From: Macrostomum lignano
Lineage: Eukaryota
Direction of reading: 5' to 3'
Assembly (NCBI GenBank): GCA_002269645.1
Contig: NIVC01002064.1
Span: forward strand, 62,001 to 126,000
Length of the DNA stretch: 64,000 nucleotides
In this document: positions 41,230 through 53,800 of the stretch, piece after piece
Position numbering within the stretch: position 1 is the stretch's first letter
How the letters are laid out: each line of letters opens with the position of its first letter
The notes under the pieces: generated by a model
Told to the model about the DNA's origin: nothing
The model's database searches: none
Seen by the model: the letters and a program-made list of their open reading frames with translations, nothing else
Made by a program: the position numbers and the translations under genes

Positions 41230-41445
41230 CAAGTTTACAGTGGCCCTGACTGACTTGTGCATCGTCAGGCATAAAGCCCGATACCTTACCAAGGTTGGCC
41301 TACCGGCACGCGAGTTGTACGACACGGTCTCTAGATTTAGTTCCGTGCACGAAGTCTTAACACCAAATTAATGCAGTCACGCCAGGGATCGAACTCAGGT
41401 ACGTTATTGCGACAGTCCAACGCGTTACCACTCATCGCCTACCCT
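41230..41445 (-). mobile_element. Degenerate tRNA-derived SINE-like element (second family)
   Basis: Minus strand GGGTAGGCGATGAGTGGTAACGCG (A-box-like) ... GAGTTCGATCCCTGG (B box). No acceptor-stem pairing, so not a tRNA gene. Single copy in this window. Confidence 0.5.
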
Positions 41446-42548
41446 TACCGAACGTGTAAAATTAAGTTCAAGAGAACTGAAAAACCCTAATTTTAAATGC
41501 TCAAGACGGATACACAGGGGCCAGTTGAGGTTAACACATCTTTAGCTTTGCACATAAATCAGAGATCTACCCTGCCTTATATTGCTCAGGGAGCAGGCAG
41601 TCGGCCACCCACACAAGCACATTTCGCCGCTGCTCTAATAAATTATTAACAACTGCCTGTTCCCAAGAGAAAGTAAAAAGCGGAAGTAGAGCAGATGGAA
41701 GAATGCGCGTGAAACCGGGACTAAGATAGGCTAAGATTGATTGAGATTTGGTTGAGGAAGCTTTGCACCTCTGGCGAACGGTAGGGAGCCAACCCCAAGC
41801 TGCCAATTAGTAACTAAGCTATAAACCGCGGCAAGCTCGCACATTAAACTCAATATACTGTAAACTAAAACTTCCCTTATAAATGAGGGGAAGGCATCAA
41901 TCAACTCTGCAGAGCTCACAGACTTAATTGATTTTAAATCAAACTTTTAATCAGTCAACTTCCAATTCATGTTTCTTTTATTTAAGGTCCTTTTCTAATA
42001 CCCAAGTAACTGTGAAGCGTTAATATTAGAAATACGTAATAACATTGGAAAAACAGTTCCTATAAGCAAAAGGGCCACTTCAAAGAATATTTCTATAGGT
42101 GGCTGCTAAATTCCTAAGTACACCCTTTGAAGTTGAATTATTCGAATAGTTGACTGTCCCGAGTATTTAAAATTAACACAATTATTGCTACTTTCAGTAG
42201 TAAGTAAGACAAATAAAAGAGAATATAATCTGCAAATCTTCAATATATAGACCTAATATTTTTTTCTTGAATTAAGAAATGCATTAAAGGAAAAAAACCT
42301 TTGCATGCCTAGAGGCAAAAGACAGCCCAATTTAATACGCTAAGAATACATGGCTTGTTGATAATACTCTGTGTGGGAAAGGGATGCAGGTCCAATGTTG
42401 ATAGTGATAGATAACAACAAAAATTATAGTGAAAAGGAGCTGATGGACGAAGTTGAAAAGTTTCTAAAGATGGTAGTTGAAAGAATCATTGGCCCTGTTT
42501 AGAGCTAGAGAGGCTATTGCAAGAAGAAGACTGATGAATAGTTCATAA

Positions 42549-43175
42549 GTGTTCTGCTATAGCCATAGATCCTACAGCAAATATGGTAAAATAGGTGCCT
42601 ACAGTAGCTATGGATATGCCTACGGTAGCTAGCTGCTCTTATGGCTACAACTATGGAAATATAGTAGTTGCTGTCATATTCTGTAGATTCCCGTAGCCAT
42701 AGTTATTAATTTAAAAAATTGAAAAAATATTAGAAACAGGTAGAGTAAAACAAAGATACTTTAGTAAATTGTATTATCAACTTAAAAACTTATTGAATAT
42801 ACACAATAAATTACAATAAAACACTAGCAAACTCTAATTTTTATTATTATGAAAAAGTTCAGCATTAGCAATTTCAGTAATTATTAAGTATTATTGCTCT
42901 GTAAAAAGACAAAATATAATCTTACAAAGGCAATTGAGTGTTTCTTTTATTTTCTAGCTTAATTTGCAATTGTTTAAGCACCAAGTTATCTTCTTGTTTC
43001 AAAATATTTTGTTTTTTAGACTTTTTGTTAAAACTACAGCTACAGCTATGGGAACTATGGGAATATGATAACATTGGGGTCCCTATGGCTATGGAATATG
43101 GATAATTGGAATATGCCATAGTTTTGCTTACAGCTACAGCTATAGCACATGGACCCTCCTTACAGCAGAACACTA
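42549..43175. mobile_element. hAT-type MITE
   Basis: Left (A)GTGTTCTGCTATAG, right CTTACAGCAGAACACTA. Flanks GTTCATAA and GTTAATAA (7/8). Subterminal CTATGG/CCATAG repeats. Confidence 0.6.
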
Positions 43176-44522
43176 GTTAATAAGTCAGGAAGCTGGGCTT
43201 GGTCAGGCTATTAGAGTAGGCCTAGGCATTGGTCTAATGTCTTTTTCAAAAGGGCTTTAGGATAGGGCTTACCTAATTTGTACCTACTTTGTTATCTAAT
43301 TAGTGTAATAGGAGTAAGGATTAAATTAAAAGCAAATATTAACTGCTTTAAATATAGCCTGACAAAGTAGCTTTGATCAAAATAATGTTTTACCTAAATT
43401 TTCTAGCAGTTCAATGTTCTAATTTGGTACAAAATTTATGCCATTATGCTTTGGGTTAAAATGCCTTAAATAGTGACAACCAAACAATATTAATAAACAT
43501 TAAACACACTTTTAATTTTTGCTATATATATTTGAAAATATTTTGTACAACAGATAATTTGAAATCCAAAGTGTATTCTTTTAAAACCTAATCATGTACC
43601 TTTAACAATTTTTAAATTCTGTCTTAATCTTAACACTGTGTTCCTACTTTTGCTTAGGAGTTTAATCTTTTAATAGCTATTCAAGGGCATAGCTACCATG
43701 TTTATATAGTGGTCTAAAATACTAGGGACATGGTAGCTATACATACAAACCTACTATAAATAAGGACAAGAAACTAAATTTCTTGAAAATTTTAGGCAGG
43801 TTTTTTATCAAAAAATACACTATGAAGATAGTAGTTTTCATTTTTTTAGCAAAAAATGGTATTGCTTTTGCTTCTGATAGGCAGTGCTATGATTAGCAAA
43901 GGGCCATTTTTTTCATGCCTCAAAAAATTTTCATTAATATTTACTAGTTTAAATAACATATTAACTACATATATATACATGTAGAAAACCTATATTTTTA
44001 TGTTTTTTGATACTTTTTCTAGCTCTAAGGTTCAATCCATGCTATAGCAATACTCTACTACTCATAAAAGTTTGGCTTGCACAACTAAAAAAACTGAAAA
44101 GAAAGAAAAAAACCATCAACCATCAAGATTTTTTATCTAGAAGAGAACTATCAATCAATTAAGCTTGCAAAATAATCAATTGCAACCTTGTAAATACTTT
44201 TAGTCAGATTGATATATTTAGCTACTTGAAAAATATTGGGCTCATAACTACTACCCTAGACAATGCCAAAAAGCAGCTAAGGTACTGGTACATAAGTTTT
44301 TCAACCTCAGTGTGACTGGCAGAGTTGTAGCAGTCCAATTTTTGGCTTGTAGGCAAGATTGTATCACAAAAAGTGCTTTGACAATGTGCAAAGCAAGGTT
44401 AGTATGCTTTTTTATCTTTATAATCTATGTAAAATATAATCTATAGAAAATTCTACATTGATGTATATAAGTCCCACATTTGAGTTGGTAGCCATCTAGG
44501 AGAAAAGTTAGATAGGCCCTAT

Positions 44523-44781
44523 CAATGGTGTAGCCAGGAATTTCAATTGGGAGGAGGGCTAGGTTGGCCTGGCTAGTCATGCCTTTTGCCATTAAATGCC
44601 ATTGCCACTTTTGGTGCCACAAGTGCTCATTTTAATGCCACAGGCACTCATTTTGATGCCGCAAGCACTCATTTTGGTGTCACAGGCACTCAATTGCCTC
44701 CTGGTTTTGGTATCCACCATGCCCAACCCCACCCCCTAGGCGATTAGGGGGGGGGGGGCGGCCCCCTTGGTTATGCCACTA
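44523..44781. mobile_element. hAT-type MITE
   Basis: TIR CAATGGTGTAGCCAGG / CCTTGGTTATGCCACTA. Perfect 8-bp TSD GGCCCTAT at 44515-44522 and 44782-44789. Confidence 0.8.
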
Positions 44782-45021
44782 GGCCCTATATAAATTATAC
44801 CAACATTTGCCTAGCTGGCTTGCTTAGCTTACTATTAATACCTATAAAAAGGCACTTGCCACTTGAAACTTTCCATTGACCATTGATAGATAATTTGATT
44901 TTTACTAGCAAAAGCATTGCACTAGGCCTAGCCTAGTTGGCAATTGGCCCTAATAAGGGCTTAGTATTAGTACTAGCACTCATTATTTATATGGTACCAT
45001 GTAAATAGTACTGTTTTTATT

Positions 45022-45692
45022 CATTTGTAGATATAGAAAATTTTGAATGGGAGAGGCACAAACTACTAAGGTACATATTAGTGATGGATTTGACAGTGGC
45101 AGCACAGGGGGGCAGGGGAGGCAGCTGCCCCTGGGTGACCACCTTACTATCCCCACGCCTTGAAAAAGACCCTAGGAAAAGAGGGCAGATGGTCACCCCT
45201 GCCTTGCAACTTATATCAATGATTAATAATACATTTTTATAAGAATTTTTAAGTTGTGCATTTGTTTTATAAGTATGACATAAATTGTTTATAATTTTTC
45301 ATTTTCTTAGAAAATAATCTGGTTTGTTCCAATTCAAATGTTTGTATTTGTTTAATTACAATTGGTAGGGGAAGGGGGATGACCACCTAATTACTGCAAG
45401 CCCATCCTAACCAAAGATACTGCGCCGCCATTGGGATTCAAATATTTAGATTTGGAATCTAAATCCAAAAAATGTCTTACTTTTTTAGAAATATGAAGGT
45501 TTTTGATTTGGATTTTTTTGTACATTTAAATTCTGTTTTAAAAACTTGCAAAAATCCATATTCAGTCTATATCATGTATCATATAATGTACAAATATTAT
45601 ATAGGCCTAATGATATATTTTGTCTACATAAAAATTATAAATCTAATTTCATAGGGCCTGCGCCCTATGTGCCCTCTCTAAATCTACCACTA
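45022..45692. mobile_element. MITE homologous to 57481-58190, interrupted by a nested element
   Basis: It shares AGAAAATTTTGAA..GGCRCARACTACTAAGGTACAT at the left end and GCGCCCT.TGTGCCC..CTCTAAATC..CC.CT at the right end with 57481-58190. Confidence 0.6.
45094..45433. mobile_element. Nested hAT-type MITE
   Basis: TIR CAGTGGCAGCAC / GCGCCGCCATTG. Flanks GGATTTGA and GGATTCAA (6/8). Confidence 0.6.
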
Positions 45693-46338
45693 TGGTTATT
45701 TACATAGTAATTAAAATATAGGGTACAGTTGAAATCGTCATCTTTTTAAATTGTTATATGAATATGATGATGAAAACTTGGCCAATCTATAAGACTTTAT
45801 CATTTAATTTGAATATGACCAATTTATCAAATTTCTTGGAATTGAAACCAAATCAAACAAAATAACATAGGACCCTAGAATAAATTAAAGCTAAGGAATA
45901 ATATATTGCATAAAGTTTAAAAATATACCCTACATCTGCTTTTAATTATAGAGTTATCAAATCATTATAACACTATTTTATATCATTCATTCCTAGTTAA
46001 ACCTTGAATATTTAGCTCAACTAGGCCTATTAACTTTAATATAGAAATTAGTCCAAGGCTTTGCATCTTTTAAGTGGATGCTAGGCCTAGGCCTATGAAT
46101 GTAATTTAAAGTTGAAAATCCTTTGTTGGCAAACAAGAATATATTGCCACTATGAGAGCTAAGATCTTTGCATAGCCAATGAAACATCTAGGACTATTTA
46201 AGTAACATATCTAACTCAAAAAATTCAAGTTTTCTTTGTAAAACATAATATGATGATTTAGTGAATTCAACATTGTCTAAATGCAAAGACAATGACAATT
46301 TAGATAATTTAGTTGTTTTTATTGTAACCCACATATGA

Positions 46339-46840
46339 CGGCTTCCAGACAGTTTGGTGACAAGACAATCCGGCAATAAATGATCCAGCAACAGTCAATC
46401 TAGTGACAGACAATCTAGCAACAGATATTAAATCAATATATATCAGCATATATAGGCCTCCCAGCAATTTTTGGTTCTTTGACTTTTGAATATTGTCACA
46501 AATACAATATATACAATAATATTGATCATAGTCATACAAAATTGCTTTCCAAATTAAATTGATTGTCTTTGAAAATAACATTTTAAAAATCAACAGCTAT
46601 ATATAGCTATAAAAATATAATTGCAACAATTATAGTTTATATAGGCCTAATTGTTATTTAATTATTTAAGTATTAATAAGTAATAATAAAGAGCTAAAAA
46701 AATAGCTCAACTAATCTATATATATGCTGATATATGTTGAATTAATATCTAACACAGGATTGTCTGCTGCTGGATTGACTGTTGCCAGATTGTCTATTGC
46801 CAGATTGTCTTGTTGCCAGAGCCAGATTGACTCGATACCC
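46339..46840. mobile_element. Foldback-type element with inverted arrays of GACAATCTGGCAAC subterminal repeats
   Basis: The left arm carries GACAATCCGGCAA/GTCAATCTAG repeats and the right arm their reverse complements. ATATGA is a direct repeat at both flanks. Confidence 0.6.
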
Positions 46841-47252
46841 ATATGAGGATCTTGAAAATGACGACTTTGGTTGGAGCCAAAAATATATATATTATATATT
46901 TATAGGCCCTATCAATAACTTTAGGTGTTAGACCTAACTGTATTAGATTTTTAAACTTTTTATATTATAGAACTACAAAAAATTAGTATTTTTGTTCAAT
47001 TAGGTTAGGAGCACTTGATGTTATAAAATTTGTGTTATGAAGCCCCAGGCTGTATGGCTATTGAGATAGGTCCTAGTATGGTAAAATTTGATTTAGTTAT
47101 CCTATGAAGATGCAGTGCAATAAAACACTAAATCCATATATTTATAAACTAAACAACCATTGATTAGGGCATAAGAAATGAGATGTTTTAGAGGGTTTTA
47201 TTAAGCTAAAGATTGGCCTAGGGAGATTCTTCATTTAGATTGTTTTTTTTAT

Positions 47253-47860
47253 AAGGAAATGCTTATCCCTATAGATCCATGTCAATAATTTCCAGCTTTC
47301 CCCAGGGCAGCTTATTGGAATAAAGAACCTTAAAATGAATCTGTTCAAAAACCATCTTTGTTTTCACTGTTTTATAAATCTTCCAAATAAACTAAATGTA
47401 TTGAATACTGAATAGTATTGAGTACTTTGTTAAAACTTTTTGTCATTAAAAGGGTTAGGCCCTAATTTTAAATATTTGCTTAGCTGCCGGCTTTATTTAG
47501 AACAACCGAACAACCCAAAGATTGAGGCGAATGAGACTTGCAAGATTCAACTTTCAATATATAATAATAATGATATTAACATTACTAATAATAATGACAA
47601 TATTGATTTAACGTCAGTACACAAAACTAAAGACAAACAACTGCACAATCCTAGCCATGGGGATAAGCTGAAAATTATTGACACGGATCCATGTGGATAA
47701 AATTGTAATTATTGACACGGCCTATATAGACTTGAATGGTGGCAGCTATTTCCATAACTTGAATAAGCTGCCGTGGGGACAAGCTAGAAATTATTGACAT
47801 GGATCTGTGTGGATAAAATTGGAATTATCGGCACGGGACCGTTGGGATAAGCACTTCCTT
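47253..47860. mobile_element. Inverted-repeat element, superfamily unassigned
   Basis: Left AAGGAAATGCTTATCCC..GATCCATGTCAATAATTTCCAGCT..GGCAGCTTATT is mirrored by right AATAAGCTGCC..AGCTAGAAATTATTGACATGGATC..GGGATAAGCACTTCCTT. Confidence 0.65.
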
Positions 47861-49013
47861 TTTATAATATTTAATAATAACATAAAATAATCTAAATAAC
47901 GCCTTTTAATATAGGCATACACTCATTAGCAACAGAAAAATTCCTAGGCTAGGGCGCTTCTGGCGGATGTCGAATGACCATCGAACTAACTAGCCTGCCG
48001 TTGCGAAACAATTCTGATTCCGAAACAATCCTGAATAGGAAATCGCCTCGGCGCAGCTCGGCTTGAGCGGCTCCGTATAGCCCTCCATCTATTATCAACA
48101 TTGTTAATTGTTAGCTGTTAGATTTCGCGCTTGCGAAAAGCGAAGCATATAAACTAAAACAAAATACTGTATAGCCGTCAGTCTGCGGACCAAATTAAAA
48201 AGTTGCGTTTATTATACGAGTAAAGCAAATTAAATATCTGATTGAATATCATCATTTGATCATTGTCTACTATAATAAAACAATAGAAGGGTTTTTTGCT
48301 GAAAATTCTTTATCAACTGACAAATAATTTTTATATCTCCATTACTTTAAAACTCAACTTCCGAGTTTTTTACTATTAGCCTTATGCAATCGCTTTAAGG
48401 TTGTATGAAGGGCTCCCTGTAATCCAGAATCAGAAAAATCTTAGAATAAAATCAATGTTAGCTAGTAGGTCTACTAAAGCACGAATATTTTTATTTTGTG
48501 AGGAACTCAGGTTTTCAATGGCAATAACAAGTAAATTAGAATTGCTTTTTCTGATAAAAAGTAGAACCGTGGCTTTATGTTTTCGATCTTTACTTACATA
48601 CAGATTTTACACGTAGCCACAGGAATTTTTTCACGCATATTTTAAAAACTCTTCCAATTTCCATCCTCGACTTCTTCTATTCAAAGAATGGTTTCGCGTG
48701 TTGTACAGATTGTGTAGCTATACATATAGGTAAAAAAATATAGAAAATCTATTTCGTTTTGTAGTCATTAAATTATTCCAAGTGCTATTTAAAATTTCTG
48801 CAATATCTTTCGCAATAGGTGAAAGCCACTAAGCAGTGAGTGGCGTTTATAGCAGTTTAAAGAGGTGGGGCTACAACCCACTTGGCTCAATTTGGCTCAT
48901 TGTCATTACTTGTTCCCGTCTCATCGATAGCTAGAGATTTGAGGGCGGGCTAAACCGTAAAGGCAAAATAACTGAAGGGCGAGACTGCGAGAGCAAATGG
49001 CGAAGCGTCATTC

Positions 49014-49047
49014 CAGGGACTACTCAAACATGTTTGAGTAGTCCCTG
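49014..49047. mobile_element. 34-bp TIR-only hAT-like insertion (perfect palindrome)
   Basis: CAGGGACTACTCAAACA|TGTTTGAGTAGTCCCTG flanked by a perfect 8-bp direct repeat CGTCATTC (49006-49013 and 49048-49055). Confidence 0.8.
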
Positions 49048-50064
49048 CGTCATTCTTGATTGAATTGTACATGTACAAGGTTTTTTATTGGAATTTATAT
49101 TACATGTTCGTGCAGTTACTACAGTAGCTACACATGGAAGTTTATCTAGTTACATAGAAAAAATTTACTACATTAAAGGCCTTGTTGTACTGTTAACTAT
49201 TACATGTACATTTATGTATGTACTCTAAAACGAGTAAATCAAGGTGATAAGAACACAATTTAAAAACGATCAACTTGTGTGTAGTACATGTAATATTATT
49301 GCTTCAGTATATTTTATTATTACGATTGCTACAACGCAATTAAGCGATTAAATGTTTGCAAAACAATTAGAAATATTCAAATATAACATAAAACAAAGGA
49401 CTTCGATGGTCCCACGATAAAACTTCTTTTTTTTATCTACTTTAACTTTTCTTTCAAAGCGATCGAGACATATTGGGAGAATTGTACAGTAATAAAAGTG
49501 CAGCTTTAATTTGATGTTTAAAAAAATTAATTTTTATATTACAGAAATAATTAATCAAATTAAAACACTGTCAAAAAGTACGAACAAAAGTCTAAGAAGA
49601 CTAATTATAGTAGCTAAAACATAACAGTATATAATTGCAACACGGCTTGAACAGGTAAACAAATAGGTCAAATGAATTAGGCAATCGCTTAACACAATAA
49701 AAAGTAACAAAATAAATTTAATGCTTAGTATTTCTGTAATCTTTTGAGAATTTTTCAAAACGCACATGTAAGACTGAACCACATCGAAAAAAATTAAAAA
49801 TAAAAAAACCGCTCGCATACTCAAAATGCAGCACTTTTTGCTGAGACGATATCGACTGCCCACTCTTCCAATGCATACCAATAAACCATAAATTCAGTTA
49901 ACCAACTTTTATCAAAAAATCAATCCAAGGGTATACAAAAGCATCAACGAGGGGTTAAAATCAATAAAATTCGCTTCCTAAACTGATTTGTTAACAGGGG
50001 ATATTTGATGGATTCAAGATCGAAAATAGAATATGCAAATGGAAATATCGGTAAAAATTATACT

Positions 50065-50760
50065 GCTCAACTGCGGTCTATCCTACCCGTTCTATCCCTG
50101 CTCATTAGTTTTCACAACTGCGGTCTATCCTACCCGTTCTATCCCTGTTCATTAGTATTCACAACTGCGGTCTATCCTACCCGTTCTATCCCTGTTCATT
50201 ACTATTCACAACTGCAGTCTATCCTACCCGTTCTATCCCTGTTCATTAGTATTCACAACTGCGGTCTATCCTACCCGTTCTATCCCTGTTCATTAGTTTT
50301 CACAACTGCGGTCTATCCTACCCGTTCTATCCCTGTTTATTACTATTCACAACTGCGGTCTATCCTACCCGTTCTATCCCTGTTCATTAGTATTCACAAC
50401 TGCGGTCTATCCTACCCGTTCTATCCCTGTTCATTAGTTTTCACAACTGCGGTCTATCCTACCCGTTCTATCCCTGTTCATTAGTTTTCACAACTGCGGT
50501 CTATCCTACCCGTTATATCCCTGTTCATTAGTATTCACAACTGCGGTCTATCCTACCCGTTCTATCCCTGTTCATTAGTTTTCACAACTGCGGTCTATCC
50601 TACCCGTTCTATCCCTGTTCATTAGTTTTCACAACTGCGGTCTATCCTACCCGTTCTATCCCTGTTCATTAGTATTCGCAACTGCGGTCTATCCTACCCG
50701 TTCTATCCCTGTTCATTAGTATTCACAACTGCGGTCCATCCTACCCGTTTTATCCCAGCT
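50065..50760. repeat. 47-bp minisatellite (CAACTGCGGTCTATCCTACCCGTTCTATCCCTGTTCATTAGTATTCA)n just 3' of the nanos stop
   Basis: About 15 copies. Confidence 0.95.
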
Positions 50761-50850
50761 CACTATTCTTCACTCTGATAAACAAAAAACGCACTTAACA
50801 AAGTTCTGATAAGCCAGTTTGCAGACCAATGAATGAATCGATCAAATCAG

Positions 50851-53800
50851 TCAGAATCCGGACACGGACTGCAGACGATGGCGCTGCTGCTGATTGGTGC
50901 CGTTGCCAAGCGGGCAGTACTTGATGGTGTGCGCCTTGCTGCCCGAGACGCCACAAATTGGGCACACGTACCTGGATTTTTTCAGGCAGGGACAAAATAG
51001 TAAAGATTATATTATTCTGAATAAATTTGTGCTCTTGTCACTAAAAAGTCGGTCATATTTTATCTTCTCTACTGTTAGTAGCTTAAATGAAGTGATTATA
51101 TACCGGTATATCTAGAGGCTGGTGCAGGATTTTTTTAGGCTAGGTCAGCGGTTTTACAGGGGTCCTGACTTGTGTATAAATTTTTAATCACAGCAGGCAG
51201 ACCGAGCTCACCTGAACAGCACTGGGCAGGTAACATTGCCGTTGATGTCGGCCAGTCGGTGGCTGGTGTACACGTGGAACGGTTCCTGATTCTGTCGGCA
51301 GAATGCGCACAATTCGATGCCAATTTCGCGTTTCTTCTGATGATGCATCTTCAGCTTGGCCAGGAAGCTGAGCAGGGTAGCTTTGTCAACTAGGATCCGG
51401 TTCGGGCCAAGCTGATTCGGCCTGGTTTTCATGTTGCTAGGCAACGAGGCGCAACAGCTGACCGAGGCGATCCACTTGTCAATCTCGTGGCCGATGCTCA
51501 GTTTAGGCTGCTGATGCTGATGATGCACAGCTGGTTGAGCTGCAGGCGTGCCGATTGGCATTGGCAGGTGCTGCTGCTGGTTGCCACGCTGTCTCAGACT
51601 CAGCGATGCAGCTGCAGGGCGATTCTGATGACGAAGAATGCCAACGGATTCGTCGGTTGTGCGAGACTCGTCCGTCAGTGTTGAGCACAGCAGATGTTGA
51701 CGGTGCACCTCAGCCTCTCCTGTGTTTTGTATTTTGAGATGAAATAGTTTTTTACGAGTATTGCGTTTTGTTGCAACTACATGTAGCAGCTCCCTGGGAT
51801 TCCTCAGTGGGTCAATATAGCTCTCCCTGGGATTCCTCAGTGGGTCAATATAGCTCCCTGGGATTCCTCAGTGGGTCAATATAGCTCCCTGGGATTCCTC
51901 AGTGGGTCAATATAGCTCTCCCTGGGATTCCTCAGTGGGTCAATATAGCTCCCTGGGATTCCTCAGTGGGTCAATATAGCTCCCTGGGATTCCTCAGTGG
52001 GTCAATATAGCTCCCTGGGATTCCTCAGTGGGTCAATATAGCTCCCTGGGATTCCTCAGTGGGTCAATATAGCTCCCTGGGATTCCTCAGTGGGTCAATA
52101 TAGCTCTCCCTGGGATTCCTCAGTGGGTCAATATAGCTCCCTGGGATTCCTCAGTGGGTCAATATAGCTCCCTGGGATTCCTCAGTGGGTCAATATAGCT
52201 CCCTGGGATTCCTCAGTGGGTCAATATAGCTCCCTGGGATTCCTCAGTGGGTCAATATAGCTCCCTGGGATTCCTCAGTGGGTCAATATAGCTCTCCCTG
52301 GGATTCCTCAGTGGGTCAATATAGCTCCCTGGGATTCCTCAGTGGGTCAATATAGCTCCCTGGGATTCCTCAGTGGGTCAATATAGCTCCCTGGGATTCC
52401 TCAGTGGGTCAATATAGCTCCCTGGGATTCCTCAGTGGGTCAATATAGCTCTCCCTGGGATTCCTCAGTGGGTCAATATAGCTCCCTGGGATTCCTCAGT
52501 GGGTCAATATAGCTCTCCCTGGGATTCCTCAGTGGGTCAATATAGCTCCCTGGGATTCCTCAGTGGGTCAATATAGCTCCCTGGGATTCCTCAGTGGGTC
52601 AATATAGCTCCCTGGGATTCCTCAGTGGGTCAATATAGCTCCCTGGGATTCCTCAGTGGGTCAATATAGCTCTCCCTGGGATTCCTCAGTGGGTCAATAT
52701 AGCTCCCTGGGATTCCTCAGTGGGTCAATATAGCTCCCTGGGATTCCTCAGTGGGTCAATATAGCTCCCTGGGATTCCTCAGTGGGTCAATATAGCTCCC
52801 TGGGATTCCTCAGTGGGTCAATATAGCTCCCTGGGATTCCTCAGTGGGTCAATATAGCTCCCTGGGATTCCTCAGTGGGTCAATATAGCTCTCCCTGGGA
52901 TTCCTCAGTGGGTCAATATAGCTCCCTGGGATTCCTCAGTGGGTCAATAGCTCCCTGGGATTCCTCAGTGGGTCAATATAGCTCCCTGGGATTCCTCAGT
53001 GGGTCAATATAGCTCCCTGGGATTCCTCAGTGGGTCAATATAGCTCTCCCTGGGATTCCTCAGTGGGTCAATAGCTCCCTGGGATTCATCAGTGGGTCAA
53101 TATAGCTCCCTGGGATTCCTCAGTGGGTCAATATAGCTCCCTGGGATTCCTCAGTGGGTCAATATAGCTCCCTGGGATTCCTCAGTGGGTCAATATAGCT
53201 CCCTGGGATTCCTCAGTGGGTCAATATAGCTCCCTGGGATTCCTCAGTGGGTCAATATAGCTCCCTGGGATTCCTCAGTGGGTCAATATAGCTCCCTGGA
53301 TATGGGATTCCTCAGTGGGTCAATATAGCTCCCTGGGATTCCTCAGTGGGTCAATAGCTCCCTGGGATTCCTCAGTGGGTCAATATAGCTCCCTGGGATT
53401 CCTCAGTGGGTCAATAGCTCCCTGGGATTCATCAGTGGGTCAATATAGCTCTCCCTGGGATTCCTCAGTGGGTCAATAGCTCCCTGGGATTCATCAGTGG
53501 GTCAATATAGCTCCCTGGGATTCCTCAGTGGGTCAATATTGTTCCCTGGGATTCCTCAGTGGGTCAATATAGCTCCCTGGAATTCCTCAGTGGGTCAATA
53601 TAGCTCCCTGGGATTCCTCAGTGGGTCAATGCATGTATAGCTCCCTGGGAGGCTGGGCTCGAGACTTTGGGAGAATTAGTAACCGTGTAGAAACGAGACA
53701 TCTAGATTCAGAATCAAAGAAATCGCCTTAAACAGAATAAATAGCTACAGAGTGTAAGCTGTGACTGTGACCCTCTGATCCTGGTAACAGCCGCGGACTG

